In this document: one piece after another, positions 21,756 through 30,223 of the stretch
Numbering within the stretch: the first letter of the stretch is position 1
Layout of the letters: every line of letters starts with the position of its first letter
Assembly (NCBI GenBank): GCA_016432425.1
Contig: CP066688.1
Location: 409,398-444,210 of the forward strand
Direction of reading: 5' to 3'
Length of the DNA stretch: 34,813 nucleotides
Source of the DNA: Candidatus Daviesbacteria bacterium
Lineage (GTDB): Bacteria; Patescibacteriota; Microgenomatia; Daviesbacterales; UBA10151
The notes under the pieces: model-generated
Told to the model about the DNA's origin: nothing
The model's database searches: none
What the model saw: the letters and a program-made list of their open reading frames with translations, nothing else
Translations under genes and position numbers: made by a program

Positions 21756-22154
21756 ATGGCCGCAATTCAAGAACAAGGGCAGTTAATTGAACACCCCATT
21801 GAAGTGGGGGAGAAGTTTTTGGTACAGAATTTAGATGTACCCCATCTAGCAGTTAGTTCGGGGGTAGCAGAAGTAGCATCACTAGAAATACCTGATTGTG
21901 ATAAATTATTTAGGTGGGATAGCTTCTTTCAAAGAGTGTGGCTAAAGACTTGCAAGGGGGATAGTTTTAGTTTTACTACTGCCCGTCGTCTTGGTGGGCC
22001 AGGAATTTTTGTCAGCAGAAGCGGACAATATCGATTTTTTAGAACTCCTCGCGACCCTCAAGATTTACGTCGGTTTTCTATTGAAGAAGTCATTGGTATG
22101 GCCAGGGTTCCCCATAGTTCTGATCTTATTAAAGTAAGAAGAATTATCAAATAG
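21756..22154 (+). CDS. hypothetical protein
   Basis: I trimmed the ORF to ATG 21756 (MAAIQEQGQ), which is preceded by AAGGAGGG. The longer ORF-track version overlaps the GNAT gene. I recognise no family. Confidence 0.5.
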   Translation: MAAIQEQGQLIEHPIEVGEKFLVQNLDVPHLAVSSGVAEVASLEIPDCDKLFRWDSFFQRVWLKTCKGDSFSFTTARRLGGPGIFVSRSGQYRFFRTPRDPQDLRRFSIEEVIGMARVPHSSDLIKVRRIIK

Positions 22155-22196
22155 CTTTCGCTCGCAATTTTTAAGTTTAAATGGTAAGATTTCTTC

Positions 22197-23282
22197 ATGA
22201 AAAGAATTTTAACCCTTCGACAAGCTCAGGGTGAGAATACTAAAAAACGTATTCTCACTGGAGACAGACCCACTTCTGAGAGTTTTCACTTGGGTAACTA
22301 TATTGGGTCGCTAAAAAATAGAGTCAAGTTGCAGGATGAATATGAAACTTTCATTCTGATTGCTGATTTACATGCTTTGACTACCCATTTTGACAAAACC
22401 GATGATCTTAAAAAAAATATTCAAGGTTTAATGCTGGGTTATTTGTCAGTGGGTTTGGACCCGGCAAAAGTAACCTTTTGTCTACAATCGGGCATACCGG
22501 AAACTACCGAGTTGGCTTATTTTTTAAGCGTACTTACCCAAAGGGCAGTTTTACAGCGCCAGCCGGCTTTAAAAGAAAAACTGGACCAGGGAAATCAGGA
22601 TACAGTGGGGCTTTATTATTATCCGGTTTTAATGGCAGCGGATATTTTGCTACCCAAAGCTAATTTAGTGCCGGTAGGTAAGGACCAAAAAGCCCATGTC
22701 GAATTTGCCCGGGATATTGCCATTAAATTTGACCACCTTTATGGAGAAGTTTTTCCTATCCCGGAGCCTTTGATAGGAGAAGTACCCACTTTGCCGGGGA
22801 CTGATGGGAAATATAAGATGGGTAAATCTTTAGGTAATGCCATCTTTTTAACTGACTCTCCTGAGGAAGTAGAGAAAAAAGTGATGAGTATGTATACGGA
22901 TCCCACCAGGATTAAAATTAGTGATCCTGGACATGTGGAAGGGAATCCAGTATTTATTTACCTGGATGCATTTTCAGGGGAATCCTTAGACTTCGCTCAG
23001 GACAAGAGTGGTCAAGGAAAAGTAGCAAGTTTAAAAGATCAATACCAGAAAGGCCAAGTGGGGGATATTGAGGTTAAAAAGTATTTGGTAGAAGTTTTAA
23101 ATAATTTCCTCTCTCCAATCAGAGAAAGTCGAGCTCGATTCGAGCGAGATCCTGAGCTTGTCGAAGGAATACTCAAAGAGGGAACTGCCAAAGCCAGGCT
23201 AGAGGCCCAAAAAACTCTAAAAGAGGTTAAAGCGGCCATGAAGCTGGATTATTTTCAATTCGTTCAACGATCGTATCAATAA
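22197..23282 (+). CDS. trpS: tryptophan--tRNA ligase
   Basis: HIGH-type motif HLGNYIG and KMSKS-type motif KMGKS. The overall class I TrpRS layout is present. An extended -10 TGgTAAGAT (22182-22190) lies 6 nt upstream of the ATG. Confidence 0.93.
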   Translation: MKRILTLRQAQGENTKKRILTGDRPTSESFHLGNYIGSLKNRVKLQDEYETFILIADLHALTTHFDKTDDLKKNIQGLMLGYLSVGLDPAKVTFCLQSGIPETTELAYFLSVLTQRAVLQRQPALKEKLDQGNQDTVGLYYYPVLMAADILLPKANLVPVGKDQKAHVEFARDIAIKFDHLYGEVFPIPEPLIGEVPTLPGTDGKYKMGKSLGNAIFLTDSPEEVEKKVMSMYTDPTRIKISDPGHVEGNPVFIYLDAFSGESLDFAQDKSGQGKVASLKDQYQKGQVGDIEVKKYLVEVLNNFLSPIRESRARFERDPELVEGILKEGTAKARLEAQKTLKEVKAAMKLDYFQFVQRSYQ

Positions 23283-23347
23283 TGAACATAATTTAAGCAA
23301 GTTCCTCCAGGTTCCAAAATACACTAACTTGTAGTATAATTCGGGTT

Positions 23348-25198
23348 ATGGCAAACCCTAAGAAGAAGCTCAATGATTGGCCTGGCAAATTGACTTCCCT
23401 GGCTAAAAGTTTGGGGATTTATTTATTAATTGGTATAGCTGCTTTAATCTTTTTTTATTCCATCTCCGGTGGAACTAAGCTGGAAGAGGGTTCCAATGTG
23501 CCGATTTCCCAAATAGTTTCGGATGTTAAAGATCAAAAAATTGACAAGATCCAGTTAGAAGGTAATAAAATTACTGCCCTTTACAAAAATTCTGATCAAA
23601 AAGCTACCTCCAGAAAAGAAGAAGGGGAGTCTATTTACCAGATACTGCAAGCAGCCGGAGTAGATCCTAAATCAGTTTCCATTGAGGTTAAAGACCTGTC
23701 CATCCAACAAGCCTGGATTTCCATTTTAGGGGCAGTTTTACCGGTGCTTTTAATGGTAGGGTTATTTTTCCTGCTGTTTCGCCAAGCCCGGGATGCCGGA
23801 CAAGGTATTTTTTCCTTTGCCCAATCCAGAGCTAAACTTTTTGCCAAAGGTTCACCTCAGGCTAAATTTGCTGATGTGGCAGGATATGAAGAGAGCAAAA
23901 AAGAATTAATGGAAGTGGTGGATTTTTTAAAAAGCCCCCAAAAATACAAAGACATTGGAGCCAGAATTCCCAAAGGGGTTTTATTGGTGGGCCCACCCGG
24001 AACAGGAAAAACTTTACTTTCGCGCGCTGTGGCTGGCGAGGCAGGAGTGCCGTTTTTCTCCATTGCCGGTTCTGAGTTTATGGAAATGTTAGTGGGGGTG
24101 GGAGCAGCGCGGGTCCGGGACATGTTTGCCCAGGCCAAAAAGAGCTCCCCCGCCATTATTTTTATTGATGAGATTGAAAGTATCGGTCGGATGCGGGGTT
24201 TTGGTATTTCCGGCGGCCATGATGAGAGAGAACAAACCCTAAATCAAATTTTGGTGGAGATGGATGGGTTTTCTCCCAATGATTACGTAATTGTGATTGG
24301 GGCCACCAACCGGCCGGATTTGTTGGATCCAGCCTTGATTCGGCCGGGCCGATTTGACCGGCGGGTAATGTTGGGACTGCCTGACCTGCAAGAGCGGGTG
24401 GCTATTATCAAAATTCACATGAGGGGTAAGCCTTTTACCGAGGAGGTTGATGTAGAACGATTGGCTCGCCGGACAGTGGGATTCTCTGGGGCAGATTTAG
24501 CCAATATGTTAAATGAGGCTGCGATTTTAGCTGCTCGTGAGGGGAAAAAGGCTATTGATAATAAAGATTTAGAAGAAGCAGCCACCAAGGAAAAATTAGG
24601 TCCTCAAAGGAAGAGGATGCAATCTGAAACAGATAAAAAATTAGCTGCTTACCATGAAGCCGGACACGCCATTGTCGGTCATCTCTTACCGGCAGTGGAT
24701 CCGGTGCATCGAATCTCGATTGTGGCCCGGGGGATGTCGGGCGGGCACACCATGTTTCCTCCCACTGAAGATCGCTCTAATGAAACCAAATCCAGACTGT
24801 TGCAACAAATTACTACGGCCTTGGGAGGTCAGGCGGCTGAAGAGTTTACCTTTAAAGATATTTCTACCGGAGCAGGATCGGATTTGGAAGTGGCCACCAA
24901 TATTGCCCGGGAAATGGTGACAGAATATGGCATGAGTACTTTGGGCCCGATGAATATTAAGCGCCGGCCCATGTTTGGGATGTGGCCAACAGGGGATGAG
25001 GGAGGAAATGTGTCTCAGGAGCTGCAGGCTAAAATTGATACAGAAGTCAAAAAAATTATTGATACTGCCTACAAACAAGCTGTGGATTTAATCCGTAAAA
25101 ATAAATCTAAGATGGATAAAGTGGCCAAAGAGTTGTTGGTTAAAGAAACCTTAGATGGCGATGAATTTGAGAGTATTGTGGGGAAAAAGAAAACTTGA
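23348..25198 (+). CDS. ftsH: ATP-dependent zinc metalloprotease FtsH
   Basis: N-terminal TM helices, AAA+ Walker A GPPGTGKT, Walker [12 protein letters not shown] region, zinc motif HEAGHA. Confidence 0.95.
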   Translation: MANPKKKLNDWPGKLTSLAKSLGIYLLIGIAALIFFYSISGGTKLEEGSNVPISQIVSDVKDQKIDKIQLEGNKITALYKNSDQKATSRKEEGESIYQILQAAGVDPKSVSIEVKDLSIQQAWISILGAVLPVLLMVGLFFLLFRQARDAGQGIFSFAQSRAKLFAKGSPQAKFADVAGYEESKKELMEVVDFLKSPQKYKDIGARIPKGVLLVGPPGTGKTLLSRAVAGEAGVPFFSIAGSEFMEMLVGVGAARVRDMFAQAKKSSPAIIFIDEIESIGRMRGFGISGGHDEREQTLNQILVEMDGFSPNDYVIVIGATNRPDLLDPALIRPGRFDRRVMLGLPDLQERVAIIKIHMRGKPFTEEVDVERLARRTVGFSGADLANMLNEAAILAAREGKKAIDNKDLEEAATKEKLGPQRKRMQSETDKKLAAYHEAGHAIVGHLLPAVDPVHRISIVARGMSGGHTMFPPTEDRSNETKSRLLQQITTALGGQAAEEFTFKDISTGAGSDLEVATNIAREMVTEYGMSTLGPMNIKRRPMFGMWPTGDEGGNVSQELQAKIDTEVKKIIDTAYKQAVDLIRKNKSKMDKVAKELLVKETLDGDEFESIVGKKKT

Positions 25199-25231
25199 CA
25201 CTTAAAAGTGAGCGTCTTAATATGGAGGCAC

Positions 25232-25990
25232 ATGCGCATTAGCATTGTTTTATCTCTAAGTCTCCTTTTCTCCATGGTTTTTTTAGCTGGTTGCAGTCCA
25301 GTTTTGGCCCAAGATTCCACCGGCAGTTCTCCTGTCAGCCCGCAAACTATTAATTTGATTAATACTACCGCTAATCCGGGAGCAGTAGATATTGGAGAGT
25401 CTCTAATTGCCCCTAATTCGCCTTTATATTTCTTAAAATCAGTTAGGGAAAGTATAGAGATGATGTTTACCACCACCCCCAAAGCTCAAGTGGCCCGCAA
25501 TTTAGAGTTTGCTACTCGTCGTCTGCGGGAAGTTAACACTTTAATCCGCAAAAAAAGACAGGATTTAATTCCTTCTGCTATGGAAAGATACCATTTTTAT
25601 ATTCAAGAAGCCGGCCGCAAAGCTTTCTCAGCCAAAGACACCCAACTGCAAATTACAGTGGGGGAGCAAGTGGCGCGCCAGCTGGAAGTGCTGCAGCGGA
25701 TATATGATCAAGTGGGGGACGAGAGGGCTAAAATTGCCATCCGGGCTGCTATTTTCCGTCTGGAGAATTTCTACAATGAATTTTTGCCTAAGCTAGATTT
25801 AACCACCCAACAAAAATTAATTGGTCAGGTGGCTGGAAGGCTGGCTTTTGCCTGTAACTTTTTAACCCGGGAAGCTACTTCTTCTGGTTTGAATGATACG
25901 GAAAAAGTAAAGTTACAAGATGAGGTGGGTAAGTGTCGCACTCAGGGAGAAAAATTCCTCAAAGACCAGTTAATTGAGATGAGAAAATAG
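25232..25990 (+). CDS. DUF5667-like lipoprotein
   Basis: I moved the start to ATG 25232, which follows a GGAGG. The lipobox is LAGC (MRISIVLSLSLLFSMVFLAGCS). The motif APNSPLYFLKSVRE parallels the anti-sigma-like protein at 10319. Confidence 0.6.
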   Translation: MRISIVLSLSLLFSMVFLAGCSPVLAQDSTGSSPVSPQTINLINTTANPGAVDIGESLIAPNSPLYFLKSVRESIEMMFTTTPKAQVARNLEFATRRLREVNTLIRKKRQDLIPSAMERYHFYIQEAGRKAFSAKDTQLQITVGEQVARQLEVLQRIYDQVGDERAKIAIRAAIFRLENFYNEFLPKLDLTTQQKLIGQVAGRLAFACNFLTREATSSGLNDTEKVKLQDEVGKCRTQGEKFLKDQLIEMRK

Positions 25991-26028
25991 TCGAAATCCG
26001 CCTGCCGCAGTGTTACAATCTTCTCATC

Positions 26029-28275
26029 ATGAAAAAGTTAGTTTTGGTTGACGGAAATGCCCTGCTTCATCGGGCTTATCATGCCACCCCACCTCTGTCG
26101 ACCAGTTCGGGGGAGTTAATTAACGGAGTATATGGTTTTACCTCCATGCTGTTAAAATCTATTTTAGATTTAAAGCCGGATTACATTGCTATTGCCTGGG
26201 ATGAGCACGCTCCGACTTTTCGCCACCAGGAGTATACTCAATATAAAGCCACCCGGGGCCCGGCTGATGAAGGTTTAATCAATCAATACAAAAGAGTTCA
26301 TGAGATAGTAGCAGCTTTAAATATCCCTGAGTTTAGTTTGAAAGGCTTCGAGGCAGATGATTTAATCGGTACCCTAAGCCAGCAGGCTGCTAAATTTAAG
26401 GTAGAGGTAATTATTCTCACCGGAGACAGGGACATTATGCAGGTGATTGACAAAGATATTAAAGTTCTCATGCCCAGAAAGACTTTAATGGATGTAGGGC
26501 TTTACGGGGAAGAAGAATTTGTGGCCAGATTTGGCTTTTATCCTAAACAGATAATTGATTATAAAGCCTTAGCAGGGGACCCTTCAGATAATATTCCCGG
26601 GGTAGCGGGGATTGGGGAAGTTTCTGCCACCAAATTAATCCACCAGTTTGGCTCAGTAGAAAAAATTTACGATCCCCAAAACTTAAAAACTTTACCACAG
26701 AGGCAGCAAAAACTGCTGGCAGAAGGGGCAGAATCAGCCGTCATGAGTAAAAAATTAGCTACTTTGGATCTCAAAGCTCCTATTAAACTGGATTTAAAAA
26801 AATGCGCGGTTCATGAATATGACCATCAAAAAGCAACGGAGCTGTTTGAGGAGTTAGAGTTTAAGAGTTTAATATCCAGATTACCTGGTAATACGAGGGA
26901 TGACGGGGAAGAGGGCTCCCGTCGCCTCGCCCGCAGTGAGCTTGTTAGCCATAAGGACGGACGACGGGATACTGGAACGGCAGGTCTTCGACTCCGAGGT
27001 CGCTCAGACTCGAGGAGACCCCGAGCGATAAAAGGTGATGGGGCGGAAAAATTGGATCAAGAAGTGCTCCCGGTTTTAGAGAAGATGTCTAAAACCGGCA
27101 TTTTGGTGGATTTAAAATTTTTAGCTAAATTAGGCAAAAACTTTAAAGCTAAGCTCGCTACTTTAGAAAAAGAAATTTACCAACAAGTGGGCCATGAATT
27201 TAATTTAAATTCCCCCAAACAACTCTCGGTAGTGTTATTTGATGAGTTAAAATTACCTGTTTTTAGAAAAACCAAAACTGGAAGATCGACTGATGAAGAA
27301 ACCTTGCATGAGCTCTCCACAGCTCATCCGGTGGTAGAAAAACTGCTGCAGTACCGCCAACTTTTTAAACTGGTTTCCACTTACATTGATGCTTTGCCTA
27401 AGTTTACTGACCCGGAGGGCAGAATTCATTCTACCTTTAATGTGGAAGGAGCAGCTACTGGCAGGTTATCTTCCCAAAACCCTAATTTACAAAATATTCC
27501 TATTAAAGGGGAACTGGGGGCGCAGTTAAGAGAGGCTTTTGTGGCCCCCAAAGGTAAAGTCATTTTGGCAGCTGATTATTCCCAGATTGAACTGCGGATC
27601 ATGGCCCATTTAGCAGATGATCCGGGTTTAAAGCGGGCTTTTCAAGAAGGTTTGGATATTCACGCTGCCACGGCTGCCAAAATTTTTAATGTCCCAGTAA
27701 ATGAGGTGACTAAACAGCAGCGTGCGATCGGTAAAACTATGAATTTTGCCACTTTATATGGCCAGGGTCCACATGCGCTGTCCCGCCAGCTGGGGGTAGA
27801 TTATGAAGTGGCCAGAGTTTATATTGCGGAATATTTTGAGCAGTTCCCCAAAGTAAAAGAATGGATGCAAAAAACCCTGGAGTTTGGCCACACGCATGGC
27901 TATGTAGAGACTTTGTTGGGCCGGCGCCGCTACATTCCTGAGCTGAAAGTAGCTGATCGGAGGTTTAAGGCTGCCGGAGAGAGAGCCGCAGTTAACCATC
28001 CGGTGCAAGGTAGCGCAGCTGACATGATCAAACTGGCCATGGTGGAGATAGATAAGGAGCTAGGGACTGCACTTTTCACTAGTGAAGCGATTCCCTGTTT
28101 CCTTATCTTGCAGGTTCATGATGAATTGTTGTTCGAATGCAACAAGAACTCTGTTAAAGAACTGGGGCAAATGGTCAAAGTTAAAATGGAAAATGCCTTA
28201 AAATTATCTGTACCTGTTGTGGTGGATTTAAAAACTGGCCCCAACTGGGGAGAAATGAAACCGCTGCAGGTTTGA
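26029..28275 (+). CDS. polA: DNA polymerase I (5'-3' exonuclease domain plus family A polymerase domain; 3'-5' exonuclease domain absent)
   Basis: N-terminal FEN-like domain (LVDGNALLHRAYHA, GDRDIMQ, GDPSDNIPGVAGIGE). Polymerase motifs A (ILAADYSQIELRIMAHL), B (QRAIGKTMNFATLYG) and C (LQVHDELLFE). The total of 748 aa leaves about 50 aa between the two domains. Confidence 0.93.
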   Translation: MKKLVLVDGNALLHRAYHATPPLSTSSGELINGVYGFTSMLLKSILDLKPDYIAIAWDEHAPTFRHQEYTQYKATRGPADEGLINQYKRVHEIVAALNIPEFSLKGFEADDLIGTLSQQAAKFKVEVIILTGDRDIMQVIDKDIKVLMPRKTLMDVGLYGEEEFVARFGFYPKQIIDYKALAGDPSDNIPGVAGIGEVSATKLIHQFGSVEKIYDPQNLKTLPQRQQKLLAEGAESAVMSKKLATLDLKAPIKLDLKKCAVHEYDHQKATELFEELEFKSLISRLPGNTRDDGEEGSRRLARSELVSHKDGRRDTGTAGLRLRGRSDSRRPRAIKGDGAEKLDQEVLPVLEKMSKTGILVDLKFLAKLGKNFKAKLATLEKEIYQQVGHEFNLNSPKQLSVVLFDELKLPVFRKTKTGRSTDEETLHELSTAHPVVEKLLQYRQLFKLVSTYIDALPKFTDPEGRIHSTFNVEGAATGRLSSQNPNLQNIPIKGELGAQLREAFVAPKGKVILAADYSQIELRIMAHLADDPGLKRAFQEGLDIHAATAAKIFNVPVNEVTKQQRAIGKTMNFATLYGQGPHALSRQLGVDYEVARVYIAEYFEQFPKVKEWMQKTLEFGHTHGYVETLLGRRRYIPELKVADRRFKAAGERAAVNHPVQGSAADMIKLAMVEIDKELGTALFTSEAIPCFLILQVHDELLFECNKNSVKELGQMVKVKMENALKLSVPVVVDLKTGPNWGEMKPLQV

Positions 28276-28314
28276 TTTTGGACAAAAATATCACGGCCGT
28301 GGGATAAATGTCTA
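28274..28314 (+). promoter_or_regulatory. 41-nt conserved element, copy B (palindrome CACGGCCGTG at 28292-28301)
   Basis: 37/41 identical to 20801-20841. It starts inside the polA stop codon and abuts the extended -10 TGgTATAAT (28315-23) of the HIT gene. Confidence 0.7.
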
Positions 28315-28329
28315 TGGTATAATTTTGAT

Positions 28330-28698
28330 ATGGCTGAGCGTCATCCAAATTGTGTATTTTGTAAAATAGTAGCTGGAGAGATTCCTTCAACAAAAGTATT
28401 AGAAGATGATGGGGTTTTGGCTATTAAAGATATCCAACCGATTGCTGAGGGGCACATCGTAGTTTTATCCCAAAATCATTATGCCGAAGTCGGTCAAATG
28501 CCAGCTGCAGAGAGGGCTCAATTATTTAATACAGCAATTGAGTTAGGAGAAGAGATGATTAAAAAGGGAGAAGCCGAAGGTTATAATGTGGTTTTATCTT
28601 CCAATGAAGCAGCTCAGTCAAGCGTAGCCCACAGACCTCATCTGCATGTGATTCCCAGAAAAACTGGCGATGATCTTCGCATTGATCCCCGAACTTAA
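28330..28698 (+). CDS. HIT (histidine triad) family protein
   Basis: N-terminal CVFCKIVAGEIPS and histidine triad HRPHLHVIP. Confidence 0.88.
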   Translation: MAERHPNCVFCKIVAGEIPSTKVLEDDGVLAIKDIQPIAEGHIVVLSQNHYAEVGQMPAAERAQLFNTAIELGEEMIKKGEAEGYNVVLSSNEAAQSSVAHRPHLHVIPRKTGDDLRIDPRT

Positions 28699-28718
28699 AT
28701 TTGTTAGAATCTTTCCTT

Positions 28719-29525
28719 ATGGTGAAAAAATTAATTACCCATATTAATCCTCATTTGGATGATATTGCCGCCATCTGGCTGTTTAAAAAATTTTCTCCAG
28801 ATTTAAAAGAAGTGAAAATAGAATTTGTTTCTGCCACAGTGGGGAACCAATCGCAAACTGAGAGTTCAGAACAAATTTTTATTGGGGTGGGTCGGGGTAA
28901 ATTTGATGAGCACAAAGGAGATTTGGAAGATTGTGCCACCTCGCTGGTTTGGAAAGAAATTAAACAACATGTTAGTGATAAGATAGCTAAACTAGCTTTA
29001 GAGGATATAGTGGAGTGGGTTAGACTGGGGGATTTGGGCAGATTACCCACCCAGCAATATGGTGATTTTTCCGTCCCAGCTTTTATTAGGCCTACTGATA
29101 ACTCTGAAGATAGTTCTAGGAAAGCAGTAGAGTTGGGAGAGGAAATTTTGGACCGGATTTTAGAGGTGCAAAAAAGGAAACAGCGCAGTTTAGCTGATTG
29201 GCAAAATAGAGTAGAGTTTACTTCTAAATTTGGTAAAACTTGCGCAGTTGAGTCAGCCTTTGTCAACCGTGGTTTTTGTGATAGTCAGGAAGGGGAATTG
29301 TTTTTAATGTATGATCCCAAAAGTCTATCTACCCAGTACTATACTCCGGTCATGGAAATTGATTTAGAGCCAATTTATAAAAAATTAAAAGAGGTGGACC
29401 CAAACGCTTCTTGGTATTTGCACCAATCTCATCATATGGTTATCTGTGGTTCCGGTTCCGCCCCTGATGCCAAACAAACCAAATTGACATTTGAACAGCT
29501 AATTGAGGTTGTAAAAAATACCTAA
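28719..29525 (+). CDS. hypothetical protein, possibly MYG1/UPF0160-like metal-dependent hydrolase
   Basis: The first ATG is at 28719; the ORF-track start 28701 is a TTG. ITHINPHLDDIAAIWL and GVGRGKFDEHKG loosely resemble the MYG1 His/Asp motifs. The assignment is weak. Confidence 0.35.
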   Translation: MVKKLITHINPHLDDIAAIWLFKKFSPDLKEVKIEFVSATVGNQSQTESSEQIFIGVGRGKFDEHKGDLEDCATSLVWKEIKQHVSDKIAKLALEDIVEWVRLGDLGRLPTQQYGDFSVPAFIRPTDNSEDSSRKAVELGEEILDRILEVQKRKQRSLADWQNRVEFTSKFGKTCAVESAFVNRGFCDSQEGELFLMYDPKSLSTQYYTPVMEIDLEPIYKKLKEVDPNASWYLHQSHHMVICGSGSAPDAKQTKLTFEQLIEVVKNT

Positions 29526-29550
29526 CATTTGAGCCTAAAATATTTCATTA

Positions 29551-29568
29551 GTTCAACGATCGTTGAAC
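29551..29568. repeat. 18-bp perfect palindrome GTTCAACGATCGTTGAAC
   Basis: Read directly from the intergenic sequence between the 28719 and 29635 genes. Related half-sites occur at 23262-23274 and 32274-32286. Confidence 0.9.
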
Positions 29569-29634
29569 AATTGAAACAATTTGATCCTAGAAAAAGAGTT
29601 TTTAAAATGTGAATTTCACTGATATACTGAATAC

Positions 29635-30186
29635 ATGAACTGGGGATTAATTGTTAATATCCTCATAAGATTATCCGTACTTTACTTTTTAGGAGAGGTG
29701 CTGCTTTTTCCGGATGATCTCAGATTTGCTGGTAAAGCCATTCCTATTAGGAATTTTATTATAGTTGTTTCTTTAAGCCTACTGTTCCCATTTTTTTATT
29801 TTATTAAAAAGAGGTGGAAACATTATCCATTCTGGTGGGATAATCTTTACCTTTCCATTTTCTGGCTGGATATGTTTGGAAACTCTTTTAATTTATATGA
29901 TACCTATTTTTATTTTGATTTAATCCCGCATTTCCATTCCACAGCAGCTTTAGCAGTAGTACTTTTGGGAGCCTTTGGGATGAGTTTTTGGGGAGGAGTG
30001 GGGCTTGCCAATATTATCCATCTGCTTTTGGAAGCCCAAGAATATTACACAGATGTGTTTTTGGGGACTCATAACGTCAGGGGACTATTTGATACTATTA
30101 ATGATTTAATGGCGGGAGTTTTGGGGACGTTAATTTATGGAACAATAGTTCTGGTTTTAGCTAAAAAGAGAAGGAATATAATATAG
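29635..30186 (+). CDS. hypothetical multi-pass membrane protein
   Basis: 183 aa with at least 4 hydrophobic helices. An extended -10 TGaTATACT (29620-29628) lies 6 nt upstream of the ATG. Confidence 0.5.
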   Translation: MNWGLIVNILIRLSVLYFLGEVLLFPDDLRFAGKAIPIRNFIIVVSLSLLFPFFYFIKKRWKHYPFWWDNLYLSIFWLDMFGNSFNLYDTYFYFDLIPHFHSTAALAVVLLGAFGMSFWGGVGLANIIHLLLEAQEYYTDVFLGTHNVRGLFDTINDLMAGVLGTLIYGTIVLVLAKKRRNII

Positions 30187-30223
30187 TTTATTGCTAAAAT
30201 GTACGATCGCACATCATAATGTC

